Positions 9,435 to 19,438 of a stretch of DNA of 64,000 bases are shown here, one piece after another. Within the stretch, counting starts at the first letter, position 1, and the number at the start of each line of letters is the position of its first letter. The stretch comes from an uncultured delta proteobacterium. Its GTDB lineage: Bacteria > Desulfobacterota > Binatia > Binatales > Binataceae. The stretch is taken from contig CAVWMC010000008.1 of assembly GCA_963756005.1 (NCBI GenBank), forward strand, positions 438,541-502,540, in the 5' to 3' direction. The notes below the pieces were generated by a model that worked only from the letters and a program-made list of their open reading frames with translations, was not told where the DNA came from and did no database searches. The position numbers and the translations under genes are program-made.

Positions 9435-12400
9435 TCAATGAAAATCATGCGAGGGCGGAACTGTTCCGGGGATTTTGATTTCCTCGAAGCGGCGCGCGCG
9501 GATCGCGGTCACGCCGTCAACTTGTTGCAGAACGCCCTCGGCCAGCAGGATTCCGGCACTGCGCAGCAGCAAACGGTTTTGCTGAAACAAGTCGGGCGTG
9601 ACGATCAGATTTGAAATTCCGGTTTCGTCTTCGAGCGTGATGAACAAAAAGCCCTTGGCAGTGCCGGGACGTTGGCGCACGATCACGACGCCGGCGGTCT
9701 TCACCCACGACTGATGCGTGGCGCGCGTGAGGTCGTCGGCGCTGAGAATTCCGCGCGCGGTCAAATCTGTGCGCAGATACGCCATCAGATGAGGCCCGGT
9801 GGTGAGGCCGGTCGCGGCGTAGTCTGCGAGCGTCTCATCGATTGGCGACATCGATGCGAGTGGAACCTCGCCGTCGCGCGGATTCACGCCCGCCAGCAGA
9901 CTCTTCGGATCGCGCTCGACGGCGGCCGCATTCCACATCGCGTCGCGCCGCGCCATGCCGAAGGCGGCGAACGCGCCGGCGTAGGCGAGCGCGTCGAGCT
10001 CGCGGCGGTTCGGTCCGACGCGCGCGGTAAGGTCTGCAATCGAATCGAATTGCCGCCGTGCGCGCTCGCTTTCGATTCGGAGCCCGACTTCCTCGCGCAG
10101 GCCGGTGACGTATCGCAGTCCCATCCGTGTCGCGGGCCGCCCATCCACAATCTCGATCGTGCACTTCCAGTCCGAGCGCGTCGCGTCGATTGGCAACGCG
10201 ATGACACGGTGACGCGTGGCGTCTTTCACCAGCGTCGAAGGATGGTAGAAGCCGAGCGGGTAGCAGTTCAGCATCGCGGCCAGGAACGCCGCCGGATGAT
10301 GATACTTCAGGTACGCCGACGCGTACGCGATCAGCGCGAAGCTGGCGGCGTGCGATTCGGGAAATCCGTACAGCGCGAACGACGTGATCGAGCGCACGAT
10401 GTCGTCGGCGACGCTGCCTTGCAGGCCGTTGCGCAACATCCCGGCGCGCAAGCGTGCCTCGATTTTCTCCATCCGCTCGGCCGAGCGCTTGAATCCCATC
10501 GCGCGGCGCAACTCCTCGGCCTCGCCGCCGCTGAAGCCCGCCACCGTCATCGCCATCCGCAGCAACTGTTCCTGGAAAAGCGGGACGCCGAGCGTGCGTT
10601 TCAGAATCGGCTCGAGCGACGGATGCGGATACTCGATGGGCGCGCGCTGGTTGCGGCGATCGAGATACGGATGCACCATTTTGCCGACGATGGGGCCGGG
10701 GCGAATTATCGCGACCTCGACCACCAGGTCGTAAAATCGCGCGGGCTTCATCCGCGGCAACGTCGCCATTTGCGCGCGGCTCTCAATTTGGAAAACGCCG
10801 ACGGTATCCGCGCGCCGCAGCATCGCGTACACGTCGGGATCGTCGGCTGGCAGATGCGCGAGGTCGATCTCGACGCCTTCGTGCGTGCGGATCATCGGAA
10901 TCGCCTCTTTCAGCGCGGCCAGCATCCCGAGCCCGAGCAGATCGATCTTGATGATGCCGAGATCGGCGCAATCGTCCTTGTCCCACTGAATCACCACGCG
11001 ACCGGGCATCGAAGCCGGCTCGAGCGGGACGATTTCGTCGAGCGGTTGCGCGGCTATCACCATGCCGCCACTATGCTGCCCGAGATGGCGCGGCAAACTT
11101 TGAATTTTGCGCACGAGATCGACCATCATCATGATGCGCGGCGCTTCCGCATCGACGCCGCCGCGCTTGAGCAGCGACACCAGGTCGTCGTGATGGTCGC
11201 GGAACTCGTACGCCTGGTTGAGCTTGGCGAGCCGATCAACCTGTTCGGGCGAAAAGCCGAGGGTCTTGCCGACCTCGCGCACGGCGCTGCGCGTGCGATA
11301 GGTGATCACGTTCGCGGTCATCGCGGCGCCGCGTTCGCCGTAGCGGCGATAGACGTATTGAATCGCCATCTCGCGATCGTCGCCGCTGGGCAGGTCGAGG
11401 TCGATGTCGGGCCATTCGCCGCGCTCCTCTGACAGGAAGCGCTCGAACAGCAGTTCCATCTTGACCGCATCGACCGCCGTGATGCCGAGCGCGTAACACA
11501 CGGCGCTGTTGGCCGCGGAGCCGCGTCCCTGCACCATGATTCGATTCTCGCGGCAGAACTGCACGATGTCCCAAACGATCAAGAAGTAGCCGGCCAGCTT
11601 GAGCTTCGCGATGACGCCGAGTTCATGTTCGAGTTGGCGGCGCGTACGAGCGTCGATCGCGCCGCGCCATCGCTCGCTCGCGCCCGCATACGTGAGAATC
11701 CGCAAATAACTGTCGGGTGTTTCGTTCGGCGGGAGCGGATAGTCGGGGAAGCGATAGCCCATGTCGCAGAGCTGGAAATCGCATCGATCGGCAATCGCGC
11801 GCGAGGCGGTGACGGCCGTCGGCAGATCGCGGAACAGCGCACGCATCTCGGCCGGCGATTTCAGATGACGCTGGCTGTTGATCCATAACGCGCGGCCCGC
11901 TTCCTCGAGCGTGGTCTTGAGCCGGATGCAGGTCAGGACGTCGAGCAGCCTGCGATCCGAGCCGCCATGGCATACGTCGTTGGTCGCGACCATCGGAATT
12001 CGCGCGGCGTCCGCCAGCGCCGCGAGCTTGCGATTAAGGCGCTCCTCACCGGCGTCGAGATGCCGCTGCAAATCGATGTAGAAATTCCCCGCGCCGAAAA
12101 TTCCGGCGAGCCGCCGACTTAACTCGACGGGATCCTCGCCACGCACGAGCATGCGCGACAGCGGACTCATCACGCCGCCGCCAAGACAGATCAGTCCGAG
12201 GCCGTAACGTTCGAGCTCGTCGAGCGTGATGCGGCTCTCGCCCTTACCGGGATAGACCGGCGCCGCGACGGAGCCGTCGCGGGCGATCGCGCCGGGATTA
12301 AGCACGCGCATCTTCGAGTCGGTGATCATGCGGCAGAGATTCTGGTAGCGCTTGCGATCCGGCGCGAGTACGTAAAGCCGCGAGTCGTCGTCGAGCGTCA

Positions 12401-12605
12401 GCTCCGCGCCGACGATTTGCCGGATGCCGGCGGACTTGGCGGCCTGGTAAAAGCGCGGCGCGCCGTAGAGTCCGTCGCGATCGCCAAGCGCCATCGCGCT
12501 GTAGCCAAGTTCCGCCGCGCGCGCCGCGAGATCCTCAGGCGTCGTCGCGCCTTCAAGAAAACTGAACGCACTGCGCGCGCGGAGCTCGATGTAATCGGAA
12601 TTCAT
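9435..12605 (-). CDS. dnaE2: Error-prone DNA polymerase III alpha (DnaE2/ImuC)
   Basis: PHP domain SAFSFLEG; GRGSAANS, PDIDLD, HSGG, YGFPESHA, RQRPGTAKG; C-terminal SHDFH. Confidence 0.95.
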   Translation of the reverse strand: MNSDYIELRARSAFSFLEGATTPEDLAARAAELGYSAMALGDRDGLYGAPRFYQAAKSAGIRQIVGAELTLDDDSRLYVLAPDRKRYQNLCRMITDSKMRVLNPGAIARDGSVAAPVYPGKGESRITLDELERYGLGLICLGGGVMSPLSRMLVRGEDPVELSRRLAGIFGAGNFYIDLQRHLDAGEERLNRKLAALADAARIPMVATNDVCHGGSDRRLLDVLTCIRLKTTLEEAGRALWINSQRHLKSPAEMRALFRDLPTAVTASRAIADRCDFQLCDMGYRFPDYPLPPNETPDSYLRILTYAGASERWRGAIDARTRRQLEHELGVIAKLKLAGYFLIVWDIVQFCRENRIMVQGRGSAANSAVCYALGITAVDAVKMELLFERFLSEERGEWPDIDLDLPSGDDREMAIQYVYRRYGERGAAMTANVITYRTRSAVREVGKTLGFSPEQVDRLAKLNQAYEFRDHHDDLVSLLKRGGVDAEAPRIMMMVDLVRKIQSLPRHLGQHSGGMVIAAQPLDEIVPLEPASMPGRVVIQWDKDDCADLGIIKIDLLGLGMLAALKEAIPMIRTHEGVEIDLAHLPADDPDVYAMLRRADTVGVFQIESRAQMATLPRMKPARFYDLVVEVAIIRPGPIVGKMVHPYLDRRNQRAPIEYPHPSLEPILKRTLGVPLFQEQLLRMAMTVAGFSGGEAEELRRAMGFKRSAERMEKIEARLRAGMLRNGLQGSVADDIVRSITSFALYGFPESHAASFALIAYASAYLKYHHPAAFLAAMLNCYPLGFYHPSTLVKDATRHRVIALPIDATRSDWKCTIEIVDGRPATRMGLRYVTGLREEVGLRIESERARRQFDSIADLTARVGPNRRELDALAYAGAFAAFGMARRDAMWNAAAVERDPKSLLAGVNPRDGEVPLASMSPIDETLADYAATGLTTGPHLMAYLRTDLTARGILSADDLTRATHQSWVKTAGVVIVRQRPGTAKGFLFITLEDETGISNLIVTPDLFQQNRLLLRSAGILLAEGVLQQVDGVTAIRARRFEEIKIPGTVPPSHDFH

Positions 12606-12624
12606 GGCGATTCGCCGCGAGCAA

Positions 12625-14337
12625 TCAGTCGTAGGCGCCGTCGAGGAACCACTTGTGCGTGTTGGCGTCGCGGAAGACGCGGTAAACGCCGCCGTCTTCG
12701 AGCGCGAGTTCGTAGTAATCGCGGATGAAACCGCATTTTTCTCCGCTGTTTATTTCCGGTTTTGCAATGCCATTGCCATTGAGATGCGGTGCGGGCGCGG
12801 ACGTTGGCGTGAGCGCGGACAGTGCTTTGAGATTTTCCGCCGAGACCTGGCGCGGATGCGCGCCGAACATGCGCCCGTCATGCAGTTCGAGGCCGTGCTT
12901 CGGTGCGGAATTGGTTTTATCGGATGAATCCGCATCGCTATCAGCCGTGAATCCAAGCCACCATTCGCCGTCGCGACGCCATGGCCCGGCGATCGAGATC
13001 ACGCGCGCGCCAAGATTCTCGCCGCGGACGAACTCTGGAATCTCGCGCGTGCACATCACTTCGATTTCGCGCGCCGGTCGAACCGCGCGTATCACGAGCT
13101 GCGTCACATTCTTCGCCGTCGCGGTTTCGGGGATCGGCGGTGCGGGCGGCGGTGCGAACGGATCGAGCCGCGTCGCTTCGGGCCGATGCGAATTCTCAGC
13201 ACTCAGCATGCCGACGTTGCCGGGACCGCATAGCGCCGACAAGCGCGCAATCGTGGTCTGCAACTTGTCGGGCGCGGGACTCGGCGGCAGGAACATGTCG
13301 GTCTGCGCGGGGCGCGGGACGCGCGGCGCAATCTCGATGCGAATCGATTCGACGGCGGCCTCGGGCGGCCCCGCCTCGAGGCTCAGGTTGATGAGCGTGA
13401 GAATCGCGCGGACTTCGTTCGACGGCGCCGCCACCTCGATTCGCCGATTGAAACTGCGATGACCGCTCATCCCGAACGCGAGCGTGATATCGCCGGCGAC
13501 CATGCCGCGAATCAAAAGCCGCTCGGCCAGCCGCTCGAGCATCGCTCGCATGACGAATCCCAGCGGCTCCAGGAGCTCGATGCCGTATTCGAGCTCGACC
13601 GACTCGACGAAAAACTCGGCGCGGCGTCGCGGCACCATCGGCGCGTGAGTCCCGCCGCGCGCGAGGCGGACCAGCTCGACGCCACGGCGTCCGAGCCGCG
13701 TGCCGACCGCGTCGGGATTGAGGCGCGCCAGCTCGCCAAGGCGGCGCATCCCCCATCGCGCGAGCGTGGTTTCGAGATCGTCGCCGCGATCCGATTTGCC
13801 GAGCCCGAGCATGTCGAGCGGCAGCCAGTTGAGGAATTCGCGCTCGCGGCCGGCTTCGATCACGCGCACACCGCCGCATCGCGCGGCCAGATGCGCGATT
13901 TCCTTGTTGGCGGCGACGCCGGCGGCCGGCTCCATCCCGACTCTGCGCACGCATCGCAAAAGCTCGGCGGTGATTTCTTCTTCGCCGTTGTAGATGCGAT
14001 GGAGGCCCGCAAGATCGACCCACGCGCATCCCGGCGCGCCCGCTTCGACCACCGGCGAAACCGATTCGACCGCGTCGAGCAGCGCTGAATGCGCCGAGCT
14101 TTCGGCGGCGGGCGAGCGATGGACTACGATCAGGTCCGAAGAGATCGCACGCGCCTGCGCGATCGTCATCGCGGGGCGGATTCCCAGCGCACGCGCGCGC
14201 GGCGAGATAGCATCGAGCTCGGCATGCGGCGCGAGGCTTTTTCCGAGCGCCAGCACCTTGTCCGCGAGCGCGGGATTCGATCGCACAATCGCAGCAATGG
14301 AAAAATCGGCGACCATAATGCACGCGATACGAGCCAT
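12625..14337 (-). CDS. imuB: ImuB, Y-family polymerase-like mutasome protein
   Basis: Motifs ARALGIRPAMT, SPVVE, QTDMF clamp-like motif, HRPE, GPWR..EWW, RDYY and WFLDGAYD; lies between imuA and dnaE2. Confidence 0.9.
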   Translation of the reverse strand: MARIACIMVADFSIAAIVRSNPALADKVLALGKSLAPHAELDAISPRARALGIRPAMTIAQARAISSDLIVVHRSPAAESSAHSALLDAVESVSPVVEAGAPGCAWVDLAGLHRIYNGEEEITAELLRCVRRVGMEPAAGVAANKEIAHLAARCGGVRVIEAGREREFLNWLPLDMLGLGKSDRGDDLETTLARWGMRRLGELARLNPDAVGTRLGRRGVELVRLARGGTHAPMVPRRRAEFFVESVELEYGIELLEPLGFVMRAMLERLAERLLIRGMVAGDITLAFGMSGHRSFNRRIEVAAPSNEVRAILTLINLSLEAGPPEAAVESIRIEIAPRVPRPAQTDMFLPPSPAPDKLQTTIARLSALCGPGNVGMLSAENSHRPEATRLDPFAPPPAPPIPETATAKNVTQLVIRAVRPAREIEVMCTREIPEFVRGENLGARVISIAGPWRRDGEWWLGFTADSDADSSDKTNSAPKHGLELHDGRMFGAHPRQVSAENLKALSALTPTSAPAPHLNGNGIAKPEINSGEKCGFIRDYYELALEDGGVYRVFRDANTHKWFLDGAYD

Positions 14338-14349
14338 CGGAACACCGTG

Positions 14350-15193
14350 CTAGCTGCTTGCGGAAACTCGAACTGGAAATTCTTTGCGGTCGAGATGCGG
14401 ATGCACCTCGGCTGGAATTTGAATTGGATCGATGAGCGCGCGGACGCGAACTCGCCGCCCGGTCCCGCCCATCTTGTTACGCGCGACCATCGCATCGACC
14501 GCGAGGCCGTCGAACATTACCGGTGAGCCGGGAGCGAGCCGGCTGAACGACGCCTCGGCGCGGCTGGCAGACAGGCTCAGCGCCGCGAACGTCCCGCACA
14601 TCCGCCACGGCGCGATCGCGATCACGGCGGCGCCGCTGCGCTCAGCCGCGCGCGCGATCCGCAACGATGACGCATAAGTGAGTGAGCGGACTGTCTCGCC
14701 GAAATCGACGACAACCAGGCCGAAGCCGCCGGCCTCGAGCACGAGTTCCGCCGCTTTGACGATCGACCTCACCCCTGGACCCCTCTCCCTTCTGGAGAGG
14801 GGAACGAAGGTCCTTCGATCCTCGCTTCATCGACGCCCACAGCATCCGGCGCAGATCGACTCCGGCCGCCGCCATGCTTTCGGGATCGAAACTGCCCGAC
14901 GCGTCGAGCCATGCGGCGACCTCGCCGCGACGGGTGGCGAAACTGGCGAACGATGCGGCAATCGAGGTCTTGCCCGAACCGGCGCGCCCCGTGATTTCGC
15001 TGATTCGCCCGCGCGGAATCCCGCCGTCGATCAGAGCGTCGAGCGGCGCAAGCCCGGAGCTTAGTTTGCGATCCTTGCGAGTAAGCTCATGCCCCCGAAA
15101 AACCCCTGAAAATTCAAGCTGTTGCGGCCGTTTGACGACCTGAATAGGGATTGAAGGTTCGATCCATGACAAGGGTTTTGGAAGAGCAGCCAC
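14350..15193 (-). CDS. imuA: ImuA, RecA-like protein (apparent +1 frameshift at ~14805-14813; start uncertain)
   Basis: SSGLAPLDALIDGGIPRGRISEITGRAGSGKT and WLDASGSFDP..AAAGVDL, continuing as KAAELVLEAGGFGLVVVD in ORF 14350..14772. Confidence 0.82.
14767..14802 (+). repeat. REP-like hairpin (cctcacc..cctctccc..ggagagggg) inside imuA
   Basis: Same pattern as the intergenic copy at 61928-61964. Confidence 0.7.
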
Positions 15194-15203
15194 AAGATAC
15201 GTT

Positions 15204-15229
15204 TTCGCTCTTTCTTCGCCATATGTCAA
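15204..15229 (-). promoter_or_regulatory. -35 box TTGACA plus TTCGC-N6-TTCGC direct repeat (candidate SOS operator)
   Basis: tgtcaa at 15224-15229; ttcgc at 15204-15208 and 15215-15219; immediately upstream of imuA. Confidence 0.45.
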
Positions 15230-15290
15230 ATGGTGATTATCCGTTATGAACTTGCTGCAAGAGATTCGCGACAAGTTGCGTTGAAAAGCG

Positions 15291-15318
15291 AAAAGGCCGA
15301 ACCCTTGCGAGTCCGGCC
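15291..15318 (-). terminator. Rho-independent terminator
   Basis: Minus strand GGCCGGACTC-GCAA-GGGTTCGGCC-TTTT downstream of ORF 15342..15626. Confidence 0.75.
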
Positions 15319-15341
15319 CTTCAAAGATGCGCGAGACGCGC

Positions 15342-15626
15342 CTATTTCTTGGCTTTAGCGAGGAGCGCGTCTAGTTCGCGATTGACGCCATCCATCGTCT
15401 CGATGAGACGATCCAAGGCGCTATCAAGCGTGGCCTTATCCAAACCCTTTCCGTTCGACGCGGAAGCCTGATTCAGTGCCTTCATCGTCTTTTGGCTTTT
15501 CTGTACGCGCTCCATAAGTCCTGCTGCTTTCGCTTTCGATTCGGGGTCAAGCGCGAATGTCTTTAGCTCGCGTGCTTTCCCCAGTGCTTCAATTACAAGA
15601 TGTATGAATCTTTCGCGTCTGTCCAT
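15342..15626 (-). CDS. Hypothetical helical protein (94 aa)
   Basis: Fills the gap, co-oriented with neighbours, followed by a terminator; coiled-coil-like composition. Confidence 0.65.
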   Translation of the reverse strand: MDRRERFIHLVIEALGKARELKTFALDPESKAKAAGLMERVQKSQKTMKALNQASASNGKGLDKATLDSALDRLIETMDGVNRELDALLAKAKK

Positions 15627-15689
15627 GATCTGAGAAAACCTGCAATTTTGGGTTCCAGCGTCTGCTGCAAATCACCATATCAACCGCGA

Positions 15690-16892
15690 CTACTGCTCCA
15701 TCACGACGCGGGTTACGCCGTTCAGGAAGGGGTCGAAGCGGTGGGCGATGAAGCCGGCGAGGAAGATTTTTGCGAAGGCGATCATCGGCGCGCTGGTGAC
15801 GACGCGGCTGAGCAGTGAGTTCGACGCTACGAACCGCGGTGCGATCTGCTGCATGTCCTGGATCGTTGTGATCTCGGGCCAGCGCTCGGCCTGGATGTTG
15901 CGGGCGGCGAAGTCGAGCGTGGCTTCGTCGGATCGCATCATGAGCGCGCGACCGAGATGGTTCGCTGCGACGACCGCGTCGCGGAGTGCGACGTTGATTC
16001 CCTGGCCGCCGACGGGCGACATCGGATGGGCCGCGTCGCCTATCAGCAGCAGGCCCGGCGCGGTCCATTCGCGCAGCCGATCGCAAACGACGTCGAGCAG
16101 GAACGGATGCGCGAGCCCGGTCTTGTTCGCGACGAGAAAATTTCGCAGGTCGGGCGACACGTGCGGCGCAAGCTCGTTGATCCATCCGTCGGCGCCCATC
16201 TTTTTGATATCGCCGAAGGTGCCTTTGTCGATCACCCATCCGATCTGCATGTGCCCCTCGGGCGACGGGTACAGGATGAGCAGGTGGCCGCTGCCGATGT
16301 AGCCGCGGGCGGTGCGGCCGTCGAGAAAATGGCCGGCGACGTGGCCCCAGACGACGTCGAAGCCTTGCATGATGCGGTCCTGGGGAAGCGCGACGCGTTT
16401 GCGAATCGCGGACGCGCGCCCGTCGCATGCGACTACGAAGTCGCCGCGAAAATCGCGCGGACCTTCGAGCGTGTCGGCATGCACGCCCATCACGCGATCT
16501 TTTTCGTAGATCAGATCGCGCACGGTGACGCCGCGCTCGAGCGTGAAGGCGGGGAATTTCGAGGCCTCGGCAACAATCATCTCGAGCATCGCAGGCTGCG
16601 GCGCGACGCGCGGCGCCGGATCGAGGCGGTCGATTGGAATGGTGAGCACGCGCCGTTCGCCGCGAAAAAGCTCGACCGTTTTGATCAGCAGATTCGGCAA
16701 AGCGTCGAGCGGCTGGCGCAGGCCGGCCTCGTGCAGCGCCGCGATTCCCGACGGCATCAGGATCTCGCCGCGGAACTCGCGCGAGAAGTCAGTCTGCCGT
16801 TCGAGCAGCGTCACCGCGACGCCGCGCCGCGCGAGCAGGTAAGCGAGCAGGGCGCCCGCCGGTCCGGCGCCGACGATTACTGCATTCGGCAT
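15690..16892 (-). CDS. FAD-dependent monooxygenase/oxidoreductase (UbiH-like superfamily)
   Basis: Motifs VGAGPAG, FRGE, VACDGRAS and IGDAAHPMSPVGGQGIN. Confidence 0.88.
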   Translation of the reverse strand: MPNAVIVGAGPAGALLAYLLARRGVAVTLLERQTDFSREFRGEILMPSGIAALHEAGLRQPLDALPNLLIKTVELFRGERRVLTIPIDRLDPAPRVAPQPAMLEMIVAEASKFPAFTLERGVTVRDLIYEKDRVMGVHADTLEGPRDFRGDFVVACDGRASAIRKRVALPQDRIMQGFDVVWGHVAGHFLDGRTARGYIGSGHLLILYPSPEGHMQIGWVIDKGTFGDIKKMGADGWINELAPHVSPDLRNFLVANKTGLAHPFLLDVVCDRLREWTAPGLLLIGDAAHPMSPVGGQGINVALRDAVVAANHLGRALMMRSDEATLDFAARNIQAERWPEITTIQDMQQIAPRFVASNSLLSRVVTSAPMIAFAKIFLAGFIAHRFDPFLNGVTRVVMEQ

Positions 16893-16937
16893 CTCAGCCG
16901 ATCCGGGCAAACAAGCTGGCGAAGGGCCGACGCGTCA

Positions 16938-17594
16938 TCAGCCTTCGCGCTTGCCGACCAGCGCTCCGTATTCTTCGAGCGTGATAGTTCCGCCGAGCGA
17001 TTTGGCAATGCCGCGATCGTGCGCGGGCAAACTGTCCTGAATCGCGTCGATCCGTTTCCATTGCGGTGCGGGCGGCGCGGCGGAACCGGCCTGCGGCGCA
17101 TATTTGGAGGTTTGCAGGCGCTGGTATTTGTGAATGTAGCGCGGGCAATTGACGAAAGCTTCGGTGACGGCGACGCGGACCAGAATTTCCGCTCCGATAA
17201 ACTCCGCGAGCATCGGATCGTTCCGATCGATAGTCGCGACGCCATGCACTCGCACGCGATTGGGCGTCTCAAAGTCGATGAATAACATCCCGACCTTGCG
17301 ACTGGTGTTGATATTGCCCATCGACAGATACATCCCGTTGCCGTTGTAGCTCGGGAACACGATGGTCGTCGGAGTCGGCACCCTGACGAAGCCGGGCGCG
17401 CCGCCTTTGTAGGAGCAGGTGGGATAGCCGCGATGATCGATGGAAGTGAGGAAGAACATATCGCGGCTTTCGACGAATGCTTTCTGATCGCCCGCCAGCT
17501 CCGGCCGTGCCATCGCTTCCAGCCGATCGGCCAGCCGCGTGGTATCAAAGGTCTGCTGCAGGGCCCGATGCGCTGTGCTGTAAAGCTCGCTCAT
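16938..17594 (-). CDS. Pyridoxamine 5'-phosphate oxidase-like split-barrel flavoprotein
   Basis: Motifs PTCSYKGGAPGFV, YNGNGMYLSMGNI, LFIDFE and NCPRYIH. Confidence 0.85.
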   Translation of the reverse strand: MSELYSTAHRALQQTFDTTRLADRLEAMARPELAGDQKAFVESRDMFFLTSIDHRGYPTCSYKGGAPGFVRVPTPTTIVFPSYNGNGMYLSMGNINTSRKVGMLFIDFETPNRVRVHGVATIDRNDPMLAEFIGAEILVRVAVTEAFVNCPRYIHKYQRLQTSKYAPQAGSAAPPAPQWKRIDAIQDSLPAHDRGIAKSLGGTITLEEYGALVGKREG

Positions 17595-17622
17595 GTTCCC
17601 TCCGAAGGACTTGGATGCAGGC

Positions 17623-18633
17623 TCAGACTTCGCGGGAGGTTTGATCGTCGATCAGCGTCGCCAGGCCGTCGCGGTAGGGCGACGGTTCGAGCTCGCCGAC
17701 GATCGTGCGCGCGATCGCGACCTGCTCGGCGGCGAGCCGGCGCGCGGCGGCGATAATTTCAGGATCGCGCAGCAAGTCGAGCGCGCGCTCGAACGCCGCG
17801 CCTTCCATCTGCGTCCCGTTCTGAAAAAGCGTGCGCAACTCGGCGCTGCGCTCGACCCCGAGCACCACCGGCAACGACGGAATGCCGGCGCGCAAATCGG
17901 ATCCAACCGGCTTGCCGATTTTTTCTTCCGGCCCCAGGATATCGAGCAGGTCATCGACCATCTGGAACGCCAGGCCCATCGCGGTGCCGAGCTTCGCCAT
18001 CGAATCGATGGTCCGGGTCGATACGCCGGCCAGTTCCGCCGCGAGCCTGCCACCCGCATAGAACAGCGACGCGGTCTTGCGATCGATCACGTTGATATAA
18101 TCGGTCAGGGTCGCGGACGCGTTGTGACGGAACCTGCTCTCCATCACTTCGCCTTCGGTGAGTTGGATGCATGCCTGCGCCGCGGTGCGCACGAGACGCT
18201 CCTCGAAGCGGCCGGAAACCTCGAACGCGCGGCAGAACAGGTAGTCGCCCGCGATCAGCGACGGGCCGAATCCGTAACGCGCGAAGGCCGACGGCTTGCC
18301 GCGGCGCAGGAGGCCGCGGTCGATGATGTCGTCGTGGAGCAAGGTCGCGGAGTGAATCAGTTCGAGCGCGATCGACGCGTCGATCGGCTGATCGACGGTG
18401 GCCTCGAGCCCACCGCACGCGCGGTACACCAGCATGATGAAGGTCGGGCGCAAGCGCTTGCCGCCCGCATCGACCAGGTAGTGACAGATTTCCGCGATGA
18501 TCGGTTCTTTCGAGTCGAGCAGCCGCGACAGTTTCGCTTCGACTGCCGCGAGATCGGCTTCGACGAGGCGTGCGGGGTTCAACGCCTCAGGCGTCGATGC
18601 GGCAGCGAGTTGAGTGGCTTTGGCTCTTTTCAC
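17623..18633 (-). CDS. Polyprenyl diphosphate synthase
   Basis: Motifs GGKRLRP, LHDDIID..RRG, KTASLF, FQMVDDLLD and GKPVGSDL. Confidence 0.92.
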   Translation of the reverse strand: MKRAKATQLAAASTPEALNPARLVEADLAAVEAKLSRLLDSKEPIIAEICHYLVDAGGKRLRPTFIMLVYRACGGLEATVDQPIDASIALELIHSATLLHDDIIDRGLLRRGKPSAFARYGFGPSLIAGDYLFCRAFEVSGRFEERLVRTAAQACIQLTEGEVMESRFRHNASATLTDYINVIDRKTASLFYAGGRLAAELAGVSTRTIDSMAKLGTAMGLAFQMVDDLLDILGPEEKIGKPVGSDLRAGIPSLPVVLGVERSAELRTLFQNGTQMEGAAFERALDLLRDPEIIAAARRLAAEQVAIARTIVGELEPSPYRDGLATLIDDQTSREV

Positions 18634-18669
18634 TTTCTACTTTTCGTTGTTTTCGGTGAATTTGTGCGA

Positions 18670-19431
18670 TCAGCGGAATAAATCGGCTTCGGCCGGGCGA
18701 ATCAATATCTTCGCGCTGCCCTCGAACGGTTCGTATTGATAGCCGCGCACGACCACCACCGGAATGGCGCCGGCTTTTTCCATCAGCAGGCCGGCGGCCG
18801 AGGCGATCTCGTCGGCGATCGCGACGACGGTGTGATGCAATTCGCGGCCGCCCAAGTCGGTGGTCCCGCGCAAGTCGAGAATTGGATTCATGCCCGCGAT
18901 GCCGAGGCAGATTTCAGTGAGACCGTCGCGCCACGGACGGCCGAAGGTGTCGGTTATCAGCACGGCGATCTCGACGCCAAGCCGCCGGCGAAGCTCGTCG
19001 CGTAACTTGCGCGCGGACGCGTCGGGATCTTCGGGCAGCAGGATGGCGCGCTCATCTTCGAGGCTGTTGGACTCATCGACGCCGGCGTTGGCGCAGACCC
19101 AGCCGGGGCCGGTCTCGACGATCATCACGCCGCGATCGTTGCGCACGATTCTGCTGGTCTGCCGCAGCACGATTTCGACCGCGCGCGGATCTTTCTCCCA
19201 TCGCTTGGCGTAGGCCTTGGCGAATTCGGAGGGCTCGAAATCCTTGAAGTCCACGATGCGACCCTCTGACTTCGAGACTACCTTCTGACATACAACGAGA
19301 ATATCGCCGGCCGCGAGCTTGAAGCCGGTGTCGTCGAGTCCCTTGACGATCAGCGCGGCGAGATCGTCGCCCGCCTTCACCATCGGGATGCCCTCGACCG
19401 CTGTGAGACTTATCGTGCGCATCGGCGGCAC
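18670..19431 (-). CDS. cofE: Coenzyme F420-0:L-glutamate ligase
   Basis: Motifs QKVVSKSEGR, CANAGVDESN, LPEDPDASA, DTFGRPWR and ADEIASAA. Confidence 0.92.
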   Translation of the reverse strand: MPPMRTISLTAVEGIPMVKAGDDLAALIVKGLDDTGFKLAAGDILVVCQKVVSKSEGRIVDFKDFEPSEFAKAYAKRWEKDPRAVEIVLRQTSRIVRNDRGVMIVETGPGWVCANAGVDESNSLEDERAILLPEDPDASARKLRDELRRRLGVEIAVLITDTFGRPWRDGLTEICLGIAGMNPILDLRGTTDLGGRELHHTVVAIADEIASAAGLLMEKAGAIPVVVVRGYQYEPFEGSAKILIRPAEADLFR

Positions 19432-19438
19432 CAGAGTA

